Assembly (NCBI RefSeq): GCF_001194135.2
Contig: NC_068981.1
Span: forward strand, 37,773,208-37,837,207
Direction: 5' to 3'
Source of the DNA: Octopus bimaculoides
Lineage: Eukaryota
Length of the DNA: 64,000 bases
The position numbers and the translations under genes were made by a program. Of the stretch, positions 38,755 to 52,540 are shown one piece after another; within the stretch, counting starts at the first letter, position 1; the number at the start of each line of letters is the position of its first letter. Under the pieces are notes generated by a model. The model made no database searches, was not told the DNA's origin, and saw only the letters and a list, made by a program, of their open reading frames with translations.

Positions 38755-38999
38755 TATAAACATACAAACATACACACACACACACACACACAAAAGCACC
38801 CATGCTGCATTGTGTAAAAGTGTCCATGTGGTGCCAAGTAAAAGCATCCATGCAGCACACTCTGTAAAGTGATTGGCATTAGGAAGGGCATCCAGTCATA
38901 GAAACCATGCCAAATCAGACTGGAATCTGGTGCAGTTCTGGTCACACCGTCCAACCCATGCCAGCTTTGACAATGGATGTTGAATTGATGATGATGATG
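38478..38999 (+). mobile_element. Two head-to-tail family D retroposon 3' ends (38478-38718 and 38828-38999)
   Basis: Each copy has GGTGCCA..TAAAA.CA.CC...GGGCATCCA...GAAACCATG...(GAT)n. They are separated by (TA)n(CA)n. Confidence 0.7.
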
Positions 39000-39654
39000 T
39001 GTATATATATATATATATATATATGTATATGTATTAGGGCAGTTGTGAAAGAGAGGTGGAGAGACAAATATCAGATATCTATATCTTTGAGTATTTCATG
39101 TCAATGAAATATTTATACCATGCATTTAGATATTGTAGGAGATTTTATAAAGATCCAGAGATGATTAGCAACCAAACTTTGGCAGATAGTTCCATGATGT
39201 TTTATTAAGATGCAACAAGTAAAACTAAAGATAGTCCAGACAGGATATGTAGCATGAACTATGTTTCCGTAGATTGTGCAGCTTTAACCTTTACAGAGAA
39301 GCTGGCAACATGCAAACGTTTCAGTTCCAGAAAAAACATAATTTGAATGCAATTTGATTCAAATACGATTGCTGTACAATGCCTCAGAGAAAGGTGGAGT
39401 GAGAGAGAGAGAAAGAGGGTGATAGAGAGAGAAAGAGAGAGAGAAAGAGGGTGATAGAGAGAGAAAGAGAGAGAGGGATAGAAAGAGTGAAATGAAGAAA
39501 AGGAGAGAGACAGATAAACAGAGAGACAGGCTGACTTACAGAGAAAGAAAAAAGAATAGAAGAAAGAAAGGAGAAAATAATGAATGAATAAATGAATAAG
39601 TAAGACAGAAATATACAGAGATTTTAAGAAAGAAAGCCGAATGAATGAAAGAAT

Positions 39655-39740
<86 letters not shown>

Positions 39741-39745
39741 AAGAG
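39655..39745. repeat. (GA)n microsatellite
   Basis: Directly visible. Confidence 0.95.
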
Positions 39746-40042
39746 ATTGGAATATGGGGATTGGTTTAGGCATGTGATAAGAAAGAATATAATCCTATTA
39801 AAAACCAGTCTTCATGCTTGTGGTGAAAGTTGCTTGGAAAATGCTAAACTGCCAACACTAAAGAATTAGAGGTAATTAGGCCATACAACAAACAAACGCC
39901 AACAAGGAGAAAAGGGTAAAAATAATACCAGAAAGCTGCCCAAAATACTCAAGCTGGCTTAGGTATAATAATAGATATACATACATATATGTACATGTGT
40001 GTGACTGTGTGGATACACACACATATGCATACATATGAATAA

Positions 40043-40078
<36 letters not shown>

Positions 40079-40079
40079 T

Positions 40080-40345
40080 TTTATTCTTTTATTTATTTCA
40101 GTCATTTGACTGTGGCCCTGCTGGAGTACCACCTCTAATCGAATAATCAACCCCAGGACTTACTCTTTGTAAGCCTAGTACTTATTCTATCGGTTTCTTT
40201 TGCCAAACCGCTAAGTAATGGGAACATAAACACACCAACATTGATCGTCAAGCGATGGTGGAGGGACAAACACAGACACACACAAACCCCACACACATAT
40301 ATATACAATGGGCTTCTTTCAGTTTCTGTTTACCAAATCCACTGG
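40080..40345 (-). mobile_element. 5'-truncated SINE family A
   Basis: Aligns with 56713-57000. Confidence 0.82.
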
Positions 40346-43299
40346 TATATACTTATATTTTCTCTTCTCTTCTTGCATTCTGCTATCCTCCCCAATTCAT
40401 GTGCCATTGGGCATCCTTCACTCTTGTGTTGATCAAACACTACACTCACCCCTTCAACTCCAACCATCTTTACAACGTTTTGCCTACTTCCCTTTGTCTC
40501 TCTCATTCCCCCAATCTTTTGCCTCCATACCCTTTTGTGAACCCTCACCCTTTCACACTCCTAATCTCTCTCCCTGTCTCCATCCACATCTAGTCCCCTT
40601 GTACCTTGAGAGGACATGTAGTCACCTCATCACTATTATTTATTCCTTCGCAGCTAATCCTGATTCATTCTCAATGTTTCCTCTAAATGTGACTAGCCAT
40701 GTAGCTCATACTACAACTCTGCTCTGCTGCACCTCCTCCTCCCATACCTTAGCCCTCATCTACTAACATAAAATCACTTCCCCCATTCAAGTTTTGTAGT
40801 TTTGCAAGCTGCATGGTGACCTTACAAGTGCTATATGTCTGTGACAAAGTTAGGATAAATTGTGGTTCCATAAGATGATGCATGACATTACACAGATCGC
40901 AAATTAAAATATAAAAGTATAAATAGGACTCGATGAATATATAGATGAATATATAGAGATGTATGCAGATAAGAAGACACATATGCAGATAACAACCAAA
41001 TTTCACAATTATTCCTTTATATCAACTTAATGATTGCACAACTCAGCAACAGTGCATCAAACAAACAACATTCATAACCAAATGTCAAACACATTTAAAT
41101 ACCTGTGGAAGAGAATGATAAACAAACCCCACAAACCCTGCAGCAATCTTTGCCAAAATTACCATAACAACAAACACTGCTAGTTTGATTGACAAAAAAA
41201 TACAACTGATACATTCTTGTTGCTGCTGCTGTTGGTGCTTTAACTGAGAGACACTCCAGCTGCTGCTACTAATACTACCACCATGACTCAGTAATAATCA
41301 GAAGGGAACAAATCATCAACACCACGTGATTTTTGTAAGAAAAACATGTAAACTTCCAAAAGTGATATCATAAAAGATTAATTTAATTTACTTCATTTCA
41401 ATGTGTTTTCCTTTTGTTTCAGTATGACTAAATTGTCTTTATAAAGTGATTGAAGCTGGTAGCATATTTTGATAAAAATGTAAATAATTTACTTAGGCCT
41501 ATCAATGATAACATTCTGAAACATTTTCTTCTTTTTGTTTTTTCTTTAGTGTGTGTGTGTGTCTGAGGATATGTATATATTCTACGTCTAAAGTTCTTTA
41601 CTTATGATGAGCACGGATTCTTCATCTTAATTCTTAATTTCCCTTTTGTAGAGCTTTCCTTGAACAATTTCAGTTGTACATCAGGTTTACTTTGGGAAAA
41701 AATGCAAGCACTTTATTCACATGAACTCACTTTTTAGGAAAGAGAACCTTATTAGTGATCTCCAGTGACTTTCTCTTAATGATACTCAGCTAATTCCAAA
41801 TGAGAAACAAGCAGATAGTGAAAGATTTGGAGTGAGAGAGAGAAGGGTAGAAAAGCAAAAGAAAAAATCTACATAAATCATCACACTATACTGATACTTT
41901 ATTTATCAAACCTCATAACAATGAAAGCAAAGTTGACCTCAATGGGATTTTAACTCAAAGTACTGATATCTAGCACAAATACTGAAAGCTATTCTATCCA
42001 ATGCTCTAATGACTCTGCCAATTACCCATCTTTTTTTGAGAGATTACTAACACTAATACCTACAAAAAGAGACAGGATTAAATATTTGACTAAATAATGC
42101 ATTGCTGTTATTTTAGATAGAATTGTTGGCAGAGAAATTTCCAAAGCTACTTGCAGCAGTTTCTTTGGTCTTTTAGATATCATTTTTCAGTGTAGAAATT
42201 TTATATTCCTATGACAGAGGAATTAGAGTGTCAAGCAAATGTAATGGAATTTAGAAAGGATTTGCCACTAAACTATTCAGTGCATAGATTATGTCTGTTG
42301 CTAAATAAATACAAGTTAGGCATTCATGAAAATGATGCCTCCAGCTTTCTATTGAAATTAAGTAAAGAATTAGATATAAATTTAAGTTTTGGTTTCTTGC
42401 TATAATCTTGCCCAATGGCATTCATCCTGGATGTTGATAATTCAATTCATTCTGCATTATAATCTGGTCATTTTAGTCAATGGAAACCTTATCTTTACCT
42501 TTATATCATCTTCAGGATTAGATTTATTGGCGAACTACTTTTATAAACTTTCTATAAATTACTGTTACCAATAAGTCAAAAACCTTTAGCAATATGAAAG
42601 ATTATAAGAATTTAATCCTGCATTCCTAAACTCTGAGACTCAAAAATCACTTTTTCTTTATCTATTTTATACAAAAGTCACAACTGGTCAAGTCAACAAG
42701 GTGTGAAACTATTAGCCAAAGGGTCAATACCATATGTAAATGCAACTTACTGAAATAGGAAGTTAATGTACTGTATAGTTATTGAGTGTGTTGTTAGTTT
42801 TACAAGGTTAAATTTCTCTCTTCTCATTCTTGTAATCAATCTTTATTTGTTCTAAAGATCCCAGTAATATGTCATCTTTGCAATTTTTCTCTTTTTTAAC
42901 TAGGTATGGAGGGAAAAGCAATGCTCCATGACTTTTGCTAGCTCTCTGAAATCAAGAGACAAATGCCACATACGTACAACTTAAACTTGCAAGTCAACAA
43001 CTGCAGAAAAAACATACATATGCAGAGTGAGAATTCTGAATAGCTAACATTCTGAGAAGGAAAAGTTGAACACAGTGGTTCATGTAGAGCCTGTGGTGAT
43101 AGAGACAGTATGAGTGGTGAAAAGAGGAGAGAGATATAAATCAAGGTTATCTAAGGGGAGGTGGTATGAAACCAGTCAGTGTCAAGATGCAGAGATTATT
43201 ATAGTAATTAGTTGAAAAGACAGTGAATGGAGAATATAGGCAAGGCTTTGATTCCTGCTGTATGAGATCTCCTGTAAGCATGAAACAATCTTCAACAGA

Positions 43300-43513
43300 A
43301 CTAAGTGTGCACAGTTCCTGGCTTTGGGTAAAACAAAATACAGAAGGATCAGTTATTTATGATTTTACTCAACATATTTCCCTCTTAGATTCACACACTT
43401 ATTGCAGCAGTCCTCCAGTTTTTCTAAGTCCTGTAAAAGAACTTGGAAAGTTGGGCCTCCAACCAGACCTCTCCCGATACCCTTAAAGCCAGGAACTTTT
43501 TAGCACCTCCTCA
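43300..43513 (-). mobile_element. Mariner-derived MITE
   Basis: Terminus TA-TGAGGAGGTGCTAAAAAGTTCCTGGCTTT. The inner TIR AGTTCCTGGCTTT (43313-25) pairs with AAAGCCAGGAACT (43485-97). The internal frame LEKLEDCCNKCVNLRGKYVE* resembles the mariner transposase C-terminus. Confidence 0.7.
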
Positions 43514-44229
43514 TATATGCCAAGCGATATATGATCTACTTAACGAAGAGATATTCTATTGCTTCATACATCTAAGCAAAACATACTGTAAAGTTATTTG
43601 TACAAAATATTATCCCACTGAACTTAGATAATTTGAATATCTTTGTTTTCTCAACCACCAAATAAAACATACAAAATGTTTCAGGTTAGAAATAAAAATA
43701 TTCTCATTCAAATCCAGTTTAGGAATACAGTGTAAATGTTTAGGAAAACAGTGCTTATCAATCACTTTGGTCAGAGATCAAAGTGATTTGTAGGTAATGT
43801 ATATGTAAATATTGAAAAATCTTTCATCTCTAAAGATGGGTTTCATAGATTAAAATATTGCCATGTATTAACTGAAGTAAAAAACCATAAAACTACATAT
43901 CAACAAAATCAATACACCAGCATTTTGTTTTAAAGAACAACAATTGGTTTTTAAGCTCTTCTTTTAACTTTATATTTTCTAAATGCATATAAAAATGCAT
44001 CATAATTTATTGATATGTATGCTTGCTTTCTAACTTTTAAAACTGGTATACAAAATATTACAAAATATAATTTGATATAATAATCATATATTATGCAACT
44101 GTAAGCCAATGAAAGATAGACAATTTCATGAAAGTAATATTATTTTACACATTATTTTGAACTAGTGTGATCTAGATGCTACTTTAAAAATATGTGTGCA
44201 AGAATAAAACAGTTACTTTTTTCAAAAAT

Positions 44230-44476
44230 GAACAACCCTGTTATATGTTTGAAACCAAACGATTGCTTGGAAACACATGGCATGCTATACTAACTTATCA
44301 GCTCGAAATTAGGTGAATACCTGGACATCCTTGTTACTTATTTGCTTTATATATATATATATATATAAGTAACAAGGATGTCCAGGTATTCACCTAATTT
44401 CGAGCTGATAAGTTAGTATAGCCTGCCATGTGTTTCCAAGCAATCGTTTGGTTTCAAACATATAACAGGGTTGTTC
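44230..44476. repeat. 111-bp inverted duplication around (TA)n, abutting an N-gap
   Basis: 44230-44340 is the reverse complement of 44366-44476 with one mismatch. The right arm ends exactly at the 10-N gap. Confidence 0.9.
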
Positions 44477-45151
44477 NNNNNNNNNNTATATATATATATA
44501 TGTACACACATACATGGGAGCTATCAACTCAAAAATGAGTATGACCGTCACTGACACTGCAATGCCTGTACAGAATTTTCGGTCTTACACAGCCCCTCAT
44601 AATCGCTTTCAACACCCTAGAAACGAGCTGAGACAAGATATCTAGTGTCAATATGGTTCACAAGCTCGGAAAACTGGAGTGACATCATCTCAAGCACAAG
44701 CAAAAGATCTCCAAAATGTCCAGTGTTATTCCCTACATATCAGCCTTTATATCAGAGTGACCATCTCCAAGGGACATGCTTTAACAAAAGGTGAGGGATG
44801 CCTCACTCTCAGAGGTCTTCTTGTGTGCTAGACACCAACCCAAAATTTCTGAATGTTTGTGCTATAGCTAGATTGTAGTTTAGGTTACAGTGGGCTCATC
44901 TGTCCTTTTGACAGGTCTTGTTTGTAGTCCTGCTGGGCTTCTAGGAACTCTCCCTACCAAGATTGCTTATTGGTTGTGCTGGTTTAGAAACTGATGACCC
45001 TATCATGCAGCAGGTTTTACTATATTCTGTGTCACCAGTTGAATACAAGAGACTACACAAATGACCTGATAGACACATGTAAATACATACCATGCATACA
45101 TACATGTGTATATACATACATACATAATACATATGTATGTATGTATGTACA

Positions 45152-45199
<48 letters not shown>

Positions 45200-45513
45200 C
45201 ATATACATATATATATGCATATGTATATATATATTATTATTTAAAGGAGTTGATTCTGCTCCAAGCAACTTAAAGATAATTGAATGAAGAAACACAGGCA
45301 GTTCAAGACAGCTACTGGAAAATGCAATGCCATTGGTCAAAGCAGGTCACATGGCCAAGTTAAAAGTGAGATAAGCATTTCAGCAATACCAGATGTATTA
45401 ATAGGGAGAATTTCTTGGACTGTGTGGCTACACAGGAAGCAGATAGTGTCTTGGTGTCTGGTGGGCCTTTGTGGAGAATTGGAAGCTGCCAGAAAGCAAG
45501 GCCAGCAAATGAG

Positions 45514-45582
<69 letters not shown>

Positions 45583-47357
45583 ACATGCACACATTTGTCA
45601 AAAAAATAAGTAAAATAAGAGATCAGTGAAATAAGCACTAGGCTTATAAAAAAATAAGTACTGGGATCAATTCATTCAACTAAAATCCTTGAAGGTGGTG
45701 CTCCAGCATGTTATAATATAATGTTAACAAGAATAATTTGACTAATAAAGGAAGTAGTAGTATATTTAAATGACAGTAAATATTTTCCTAAATTAATGCT
45801 AATGACGTTTTAGTACTTGACATTCCTCCCAAAACTAGGGAGTTTTTTATTTCACTGGGATCATTTACTACTGTATTAAATATATTATACTAAAAGTGTT
45901 GCTTCATTGTTCAGAAAGAGTAGTCTTGATCTAGGCAGGGTTCAACAAGGTTCTTTTTAGTTCCAGTTGCAGTTATATATTTATTTATACATTGAAATAT
46001 TAATAAATATATTGAGAAAACATTAATCAATTTGTTACTGAACTGTCTGAGACTGCTTTGAACTGTTCTTACTGCATGAAGTCTTTTTTTGGAGTCTATG
46101 ATTTTATCATAGATCACACATGGTTAGTATTGTTAATGCTTTGTTGGAATAGAGTAGAGAGGAGGTTATATTGTGATAAAGATAAAGTAAAATATTTGAT
46201 GTGTTTGGTTAGAAATTAGACATTACATGAGTGTTTGCAATAATAAAACTATTACTTCAACCTAAGCCAGCATGAAAAGTAAATGTAAAATTACCATGAT
46301 GCCAATGATGATGATGACAGCAATGATGATGGTAGTGATTTGGTAGGATCATACAAGGTCAAAGAAGCAAAAACTTTAATAAACAGAAGGTGCAAACAGC
46401 TCAGTGATGGTCATGAAACTAGTGGGAATTGTAAGTGAATATCAAATTCATCAAGAGTAGTAAAATAAGTACATGTAATATACTGAGGTTCAATTCAGTT
46501 AACTCATTCTCTTCCTACAAACAGACCAATATTTCCAATGCAAATCTAAGATGGTGATAACATATATAATGTTCTACTTCTCAGAACTAGTGTATAGAAT
46601 ATGTATATGATTGTACATATATATTCATTACAGCTGTCAAACCAAGCTATTACCATTGAATAGAACTTTAAATTCTTCCCGAACATTTAATATAAAAATG
46701 CAGGTAACTAACTAATTTAGGTTATACAAATCTATAATAATGTAGGAAACATAGCTTAATGCATTTAAAATGGTGGCCAGTTGTTTTTCTTTTTTTTTTA
46801 TCTACCATAGATAAACTGATAGCCATTTGGTTATTTAAAAAAACAAAACAATTATGTTTAGCAAGTGAATGAGAAGCATTATCCATGGTTTTTTTTTTAT
46901 TGTTTTGTTTGTGAGAGGTTCTGATACTATTAGGAGGAATAGATGAAGTTATTCTGAGGCAAAGACCTGGCCCTAATGTTTACAATGGTATAGATTTTAC
47001 TAAAGTTATCTTGGTGTCAAGTCGAGGTGTTCAGATAGATTACATACAAAGTCTACCATCCAAAATCAAAGCCAGTCCTTCATGTGAGCTTCCACAAAGT
47101 TTTGTATTCCAGATTTCACTTTCAAGATTTTGATCAAGCCAATATTATAAAAAAAATACAATTGCTGAAGATACTGCACTGTGGGATTGAAGCCAAAACC
47201 ACATCGTTACAAAGTGAACTTGTTAAGCATGCAACCATACCTAGGTCCATGAATGATATGTAGCAATATGTCTTTATTCTGATTTAGGATACTCTAATAT
47301 ATATATATGTATCATAGCCAATGAAGGTTATCTGAAGTGCGGTTATTGCTAGTTAAA

Positions 47358-47399
<42 letters not shown>

Positions 47400-48551
47400 A
47401 GGTTACAATTTTAATATCAAAGATCCCTATGGATGACACAGGTTGTAATCCTTTGAAACATATGTAGGAATAAAGTATGCAATTATAACATGCGTTTTCT
47501 CCGTTCCTTAAATTCTTAAATATACTCAAATACCCAAAATTTCAAGGAGTTCCTGCCTTAAAAACAGGAACTAAACCACAGTTATTTTGTGTTCTTTGCT
47601 ACATTGGTTTCTATTAACCCATTTATTCTATCAGAAGAATTTTTATTTATTAAGATAGAAGAAATACACATAATTATATGTANNNNNNNNNNNNNNNNNN
47701 NNNNNNNNNNNNNNNNNNNNNNNNNNNNNNNNNNNNNNNNNNATATATATATATATATACATACATATATATATACTTGTGAATGTGCATGAGCTAGTAG
47801 TTATGGCAGTTGTTTCTCAATCATAAAATTATTGGTTTGGTTTTGGAACTTGGTAGTGCATCCTATCTTTGAGCAATGCACTTCATTCCATGTTGCGCTA
47901 TTCCACTCAGCCATAGTGGGTCAAGAGTATATACATGTATACTCACAACTATATAGACACCTAAAACAATTAGGTAAAGCATAGCACAAATTAATAAGTC
48001 ATACTCACTCGTGAGTGTTTAACTAGCTGTACTTGATATACTTTATATTCATATTCACTAGACAGTGAGGATACATACACAGTATACACATACATCCACA
48101 GTTATACATACAAAGATATATTTAGGCATGTATATCTAAACATATGTGTGTGGTTATATATATATATTTGTCTTTTGCTATTAACTGAAAGTAGATATCT
48201 CTAAACATATCTACTTTCAATAGATAAATAGAAAATCAGTATTACATTCATGCATTCAGATGTAGTAGATCTGAACACTACATTATACAATACAATCATT
48301 ATTATTATAACCAATGAGTAAGTTATAGTGTACAGGAAGATCATCTATCAAGTATTAGCAATTCAAAACATCCTGTTGAACTCTAGATGGAAAATATGCT
48401 CTTGGTGTTACTTCAGTCAATGAACCAACAGGACCACCTGCAAAAATCATACCCCAAACTGAATGGACATTATTTGTGCACACAAATCACAAATATATTC
48501 ATACATATTCATACTTACATAGATATACACATACATACATATCTGAGTATG

Positions 48552-48611
<60 letters not shown>

Positions 48612-48720
48612 TGTATGTGTGCATTTATATCTTTAAATACTAGTGAATGTCTATACACTCATATAGCAAAGCTATTACATCACTATCTGCTCTTGTGAAT
48701 AATGTTCCAACAATGCTTAA

Positions 48721-49078
48721 CCCTTTTGTAATATTTTCCTAAATTTGATCAGCCTGTACTTTAATTAATTTTGAAAATATTTCATGGGGTTTAGCAAGAT
48801 AAGTAACTTCAACATAAAAACAAATATCAATTTTTACACATTAACATCAGCTCTCTAGCTTTGTCTCCCTCCTTTTTCTCTCTCTCTCTCTCTCTCTCTC
48901 CCTGTGTTTCTTTCTCTCCCTTCTCACATACATACAAACCCTTATGGTAGATTATATTAATATTTTAATATATATAACATTATGATGGAATGTTTTAAAT
49001 TAAATATGAATACTTTAAAACGAATGGTTTTGTATTATAGAACCAAAGGCAATCTCAAACATGTTGGTAACGAAATGG
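48721..49078. mobile_element. Degenerate second copy of the TTAA-flanked piggyBac-like MITE
   Basis: TTAA-CCCTTTTGTAA ... GTATTATAGAACCAAAGGCAATCTC...GGTAACGAAATGG-TTAA, similar to both ends of 7790-8222. It has an internal (CT)n tract. Confidence 0.6.
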
Positions 49079-50953
49079 TTAATGTTTTCTCAATATATTT
49101 ATTAATTTTTCAATGTATTAATAAAAATATAACTGTAATAAGTGTAAGAAATTACAAATAAAACTTTTATATATTTATTACATGGTGTTAGATATTAATA
49201 TTTTCTTTCTCTCTGTTTCCTTCAGTCTGCTTCTTATCTGTCTTTTCTTTCTTATATTGTCTCTTTTTGTTTATATACACAAAGAAAAACATAAATGTAG
49301 CTAATTTTATAAAATATGAAATGCAGATGAGGGGATGTATAAAGAAAAACATATAAATACCACCTCTCTCTCTTCAACTATTTCTATCTCTTCTTGTTCT
49401 CTCCCAATCTCACTCACTTTCTTTTTATCTCTCTCCCTCTCCTTCTCACTCACAGGCACATTCATGCACATACACGTACACACATACACACAAATGCAAA
49501 TATATTAATGTTGTTATTTATTGGTCATTTTAAAAGAAACCATTTTTTAGTGTTAATATATTCAGGTTGAAGGAAGCTCCCTTGGCTGATATGACTGATG
49601 GCATAATGTAATCATAAAGTTTTCTTCTGAGTATAGTTTACACCATGTTGCAGCTTGCTTGAGTTAACATCATGAGCATCCTAATTTAGCAGCCATTTTG
49701 ATAGCCTATTTCTACTCTTAGCACAACATGTGATAAATTCTTCATTTTATATATGCATAAAACCTCAACAGAAATTTGTATGATTCCCATCGCTCTGAAT
49801 TAGCAGCAAAGTTTGCCGAAAAACAATTTTCAATAAAGCTGTTTAACCATACTGCCATTACTTGGAAGGAGAACACACTTTTATTTCAGATATTATTGAA
49901 TCATTCATGTTATTGGCTTATAGATTATATAACTCTAATGTTGATCTGTTAAAGTAGGCATTGATCATTTATTTGCACACAGAGAATGTCAATTGAAATA
50001 TTGCTAAGAAGGATTTATTCCACTGTCAAAGTGTTACAATCAATGGGGCAGAAAGCCTGATGGATTGGTCAATTAATTTATTGTTCCAAAGTGTAAGTAT
50101 TTGCTTGCCAAGCACGCATATGACCAAGTTTTCACACCAAGCAATACATACATACATATATACATACACTACGTTTGTACGTTTGAATGTATGTGTATAC
50201 ATGTATATATGTATATATATTCATACATACACAATCTTTGATAGGTCAGAGTAAAGAAGAATCTTGATGCAAAGATTAAGAACAAATTCAAAGTTCCACT
50301 TAGAATACTTATCAGGAATAAAAACTCTGACCACAAATTGAAAGTATTATTATTTTTTTCAAATCTCAGATTAAGTGATCAGATCGCTAAGAAGTTCAAA
50401 ACATTTGACCTCTCAATATAATCTCAGACTCTTACAACTATAATGGTATTTCAAGTACAATGGGGAGTTAATTCCATGTGTATGGCGAAAAATCTTAGAT
50501 AGATTAGGTTTTGTTGTGAATCTTATCAAGAATATTGTTTTATCAAGAGATGTTTTGCAAGGTTACAGCTTACATTAGCTTTGGTCAAGCAGACTTACAG
50601 CCATCTATAGGAAGATAATAATTTAGAACTAAATCACATTTTACCATGAAAATTCCTTAGATGCTTCTTTTATTGATTCCAGATGAGTTCTTTTACTCTG
50701 TTAGTGGTTTCAGCCAAGGGACTGTGATTCTGCTAGGCACCACCTAAAGGGCTTAGGCATTCATATTGACTCTGTACTTACTTCTGTCAGCTACTTATTT
50801 TATTGATCCTTATTTAGCAAGCTGCAAAGTGATATGCCATAATGGGACTCAAAAATACAGCATGTGCCTGTGCATACACATACATATATGAACATTCACA
50901 TACATATATACATACACACACACACACATATAAATATATATATATATATACAT

Positions 50954-52193
50954 TAGAGTGGCCCTTATTTTTCAACTTTCTAAAAGTTTAGCTCCTACCT
51001 CACTATCTTGTTCCAATTAAGAAAAAAACAATCTATGCAAAATTTTAGCTCAATCAAACAACTGCAAGGCAACCCTCCTCGACCATGAAGGTCAAGTGTA
51101 TGGTTGAGCCTGGTTTCTGTCACCAGAAGTAATTAAAGCATCTTATCATGATTTTCTATTCATGAGTCAACTGATAAATTATCAGAATATTGATCCAAAA
51201 ATCAGTAAGGCTGCTGTGAAAAAAAATTTCCATTCATCTCTGGTACTTAGCTCCCAAAACTGTGGCTCTATCTATATTTGATGACAATGTTTCAACAGAA
51301 GTGAAGGCAAATATTGCTCAAATTATGCTGGATGCAGACAAAAGTGAAGAAAAGGAAGAAGAAAAAATCAACTGAAGAGTTACATTCTGCACCAAAATGA
51401 CTTTTCTTCCTTTACAAACATCAAGTTTTCATCTTTTGTAACTCCTGGTACAAAAACTTACTTCACAAGATTTTCTATCAGCACCGATTTCTTCGACAAA
51501 GACCCTTCAATATAGAAAGATGATCCTAGTTACAAAAGTGGACTTGAAAATTTTGAGAAGGCAGTTGCTGGGAATGATGTTGCAGAAAGAGGTGTAAAAC
51601 TCATTCAGGATTACAATAACATTCTCACAAAAGATGAAACTGAGAAACAATTTGTCTTACAGATCGTTACCGAAAACTGTAAAACATACCCAGCTACCAC
51701 TAGATCCTCTCTTATGCAAAGATAATGTTCAATATTAAGTGTTCTGTGTTCACATTATGTTTTTGGTTTTATAGAAAGTATTGTTGTAAATTAAAATGTA
51801 TTTCCCTTATAGAGGTTGTGTGCTTTATTAAGAAAACCTAATATTTCTTAAGTTTTTCATCTTATTTCAGTACTTTTTAAAATTAGCTATTTATAAATTT
51901 GATTCAGAACGTTTTTAAACATCTGTTGGGGTTGCCTGGATGTGTCCACATAGATTTCTCTAAGTAGAAAAAAGAAAATGGTGGAGAAAGGGAACAGTAT
52001 ACTGCTTTTGAAAACAATTAATTGTTGCATATACCATGTTCCAACTTCAGGGCATCTGAGGGTTACCTGGCATTTGTCTGATTGAGCTGAAATTTTGCAC
52101 ACCCTGTTATTTTGCTTATTGGAACAGGATTAGAAGGTGGGAGCAGCAAAATTGTAACTTTCGAAAAATTACCTATTGCTCAGGGCCACTCTA
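50954..52193 (+). mobile_element. Internally deleted hAT-superfamily (hATm-like) DNA transposon
   Basis: TIRs TAGAGTGGCCCT / AGGGCCACTCTA. The 8-bp flanks ATATACAT and ATACACAC are 6/8 identical (possible decayed TSD). A transposase C-terminal remnant lies inside. Confidence 0.75.
51132..51725 (+). pseudogene. C-terminal remnant of hAT(m)-like transposase
   Basis: IKASYHDFLFMSQLINYQNIDPKISKAAVKKISIHLWYLAPKTVALSIFDDNVSTEVK ... NDVAERGVKLIQDYNNILTKDETEKQFVLQIV...*, with frameshifts and stops in between. Confidence 0.8.
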
Positions 52194-52391
52194 ATACACA
52201 CACACACACACACACACATACATACATGCATACATATATATACATATATATATGTATATATGTATATGTATATATGTATATGTATATATATATATTATAT
52301 GCATACATATATATAATATCAACATGCACACACAGATACAGACATATACACAAACACAGACATACACACACACATACAAACACACACAACA

Positions 52392-52540
52392 GACCTCTGT
52401 ACAGTTTCTGTCCACCTAATTTCATTAGCAAGGCATTAGTGAAACTGAAGTTATAGCAGGGAAACACTTTCCTAATTGCCACACAAATGGCTCTAACCCA
52501 GAACCACATAGTTACAAAGTGAATTTTGTAATCATACAAC
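52392..52540 (-). mobile_element. Very degenerate SINE family A head and core
   Basis: CAGTTTCTGTC.ACC.AATTTCA...CAAGGC...TATAG.AG..AAACACTT...AACCCAGAACCACAT. Confidence 0.5.

Noticed and set aside
46914-47133. ~72-codon open frame after a poly-T tract (candidate exon)
   Set aside because: The peptide is unrecognised and the donor sites are weak. An open frame of this length is expected by chance in 64 kb.
11414-52193. Near-identical lengths of the Tc1 (1237 bp) and hAT-like (1240 bp) elements
   Set aside because: Their sequences and termini are unrelated, so this is coincidence.
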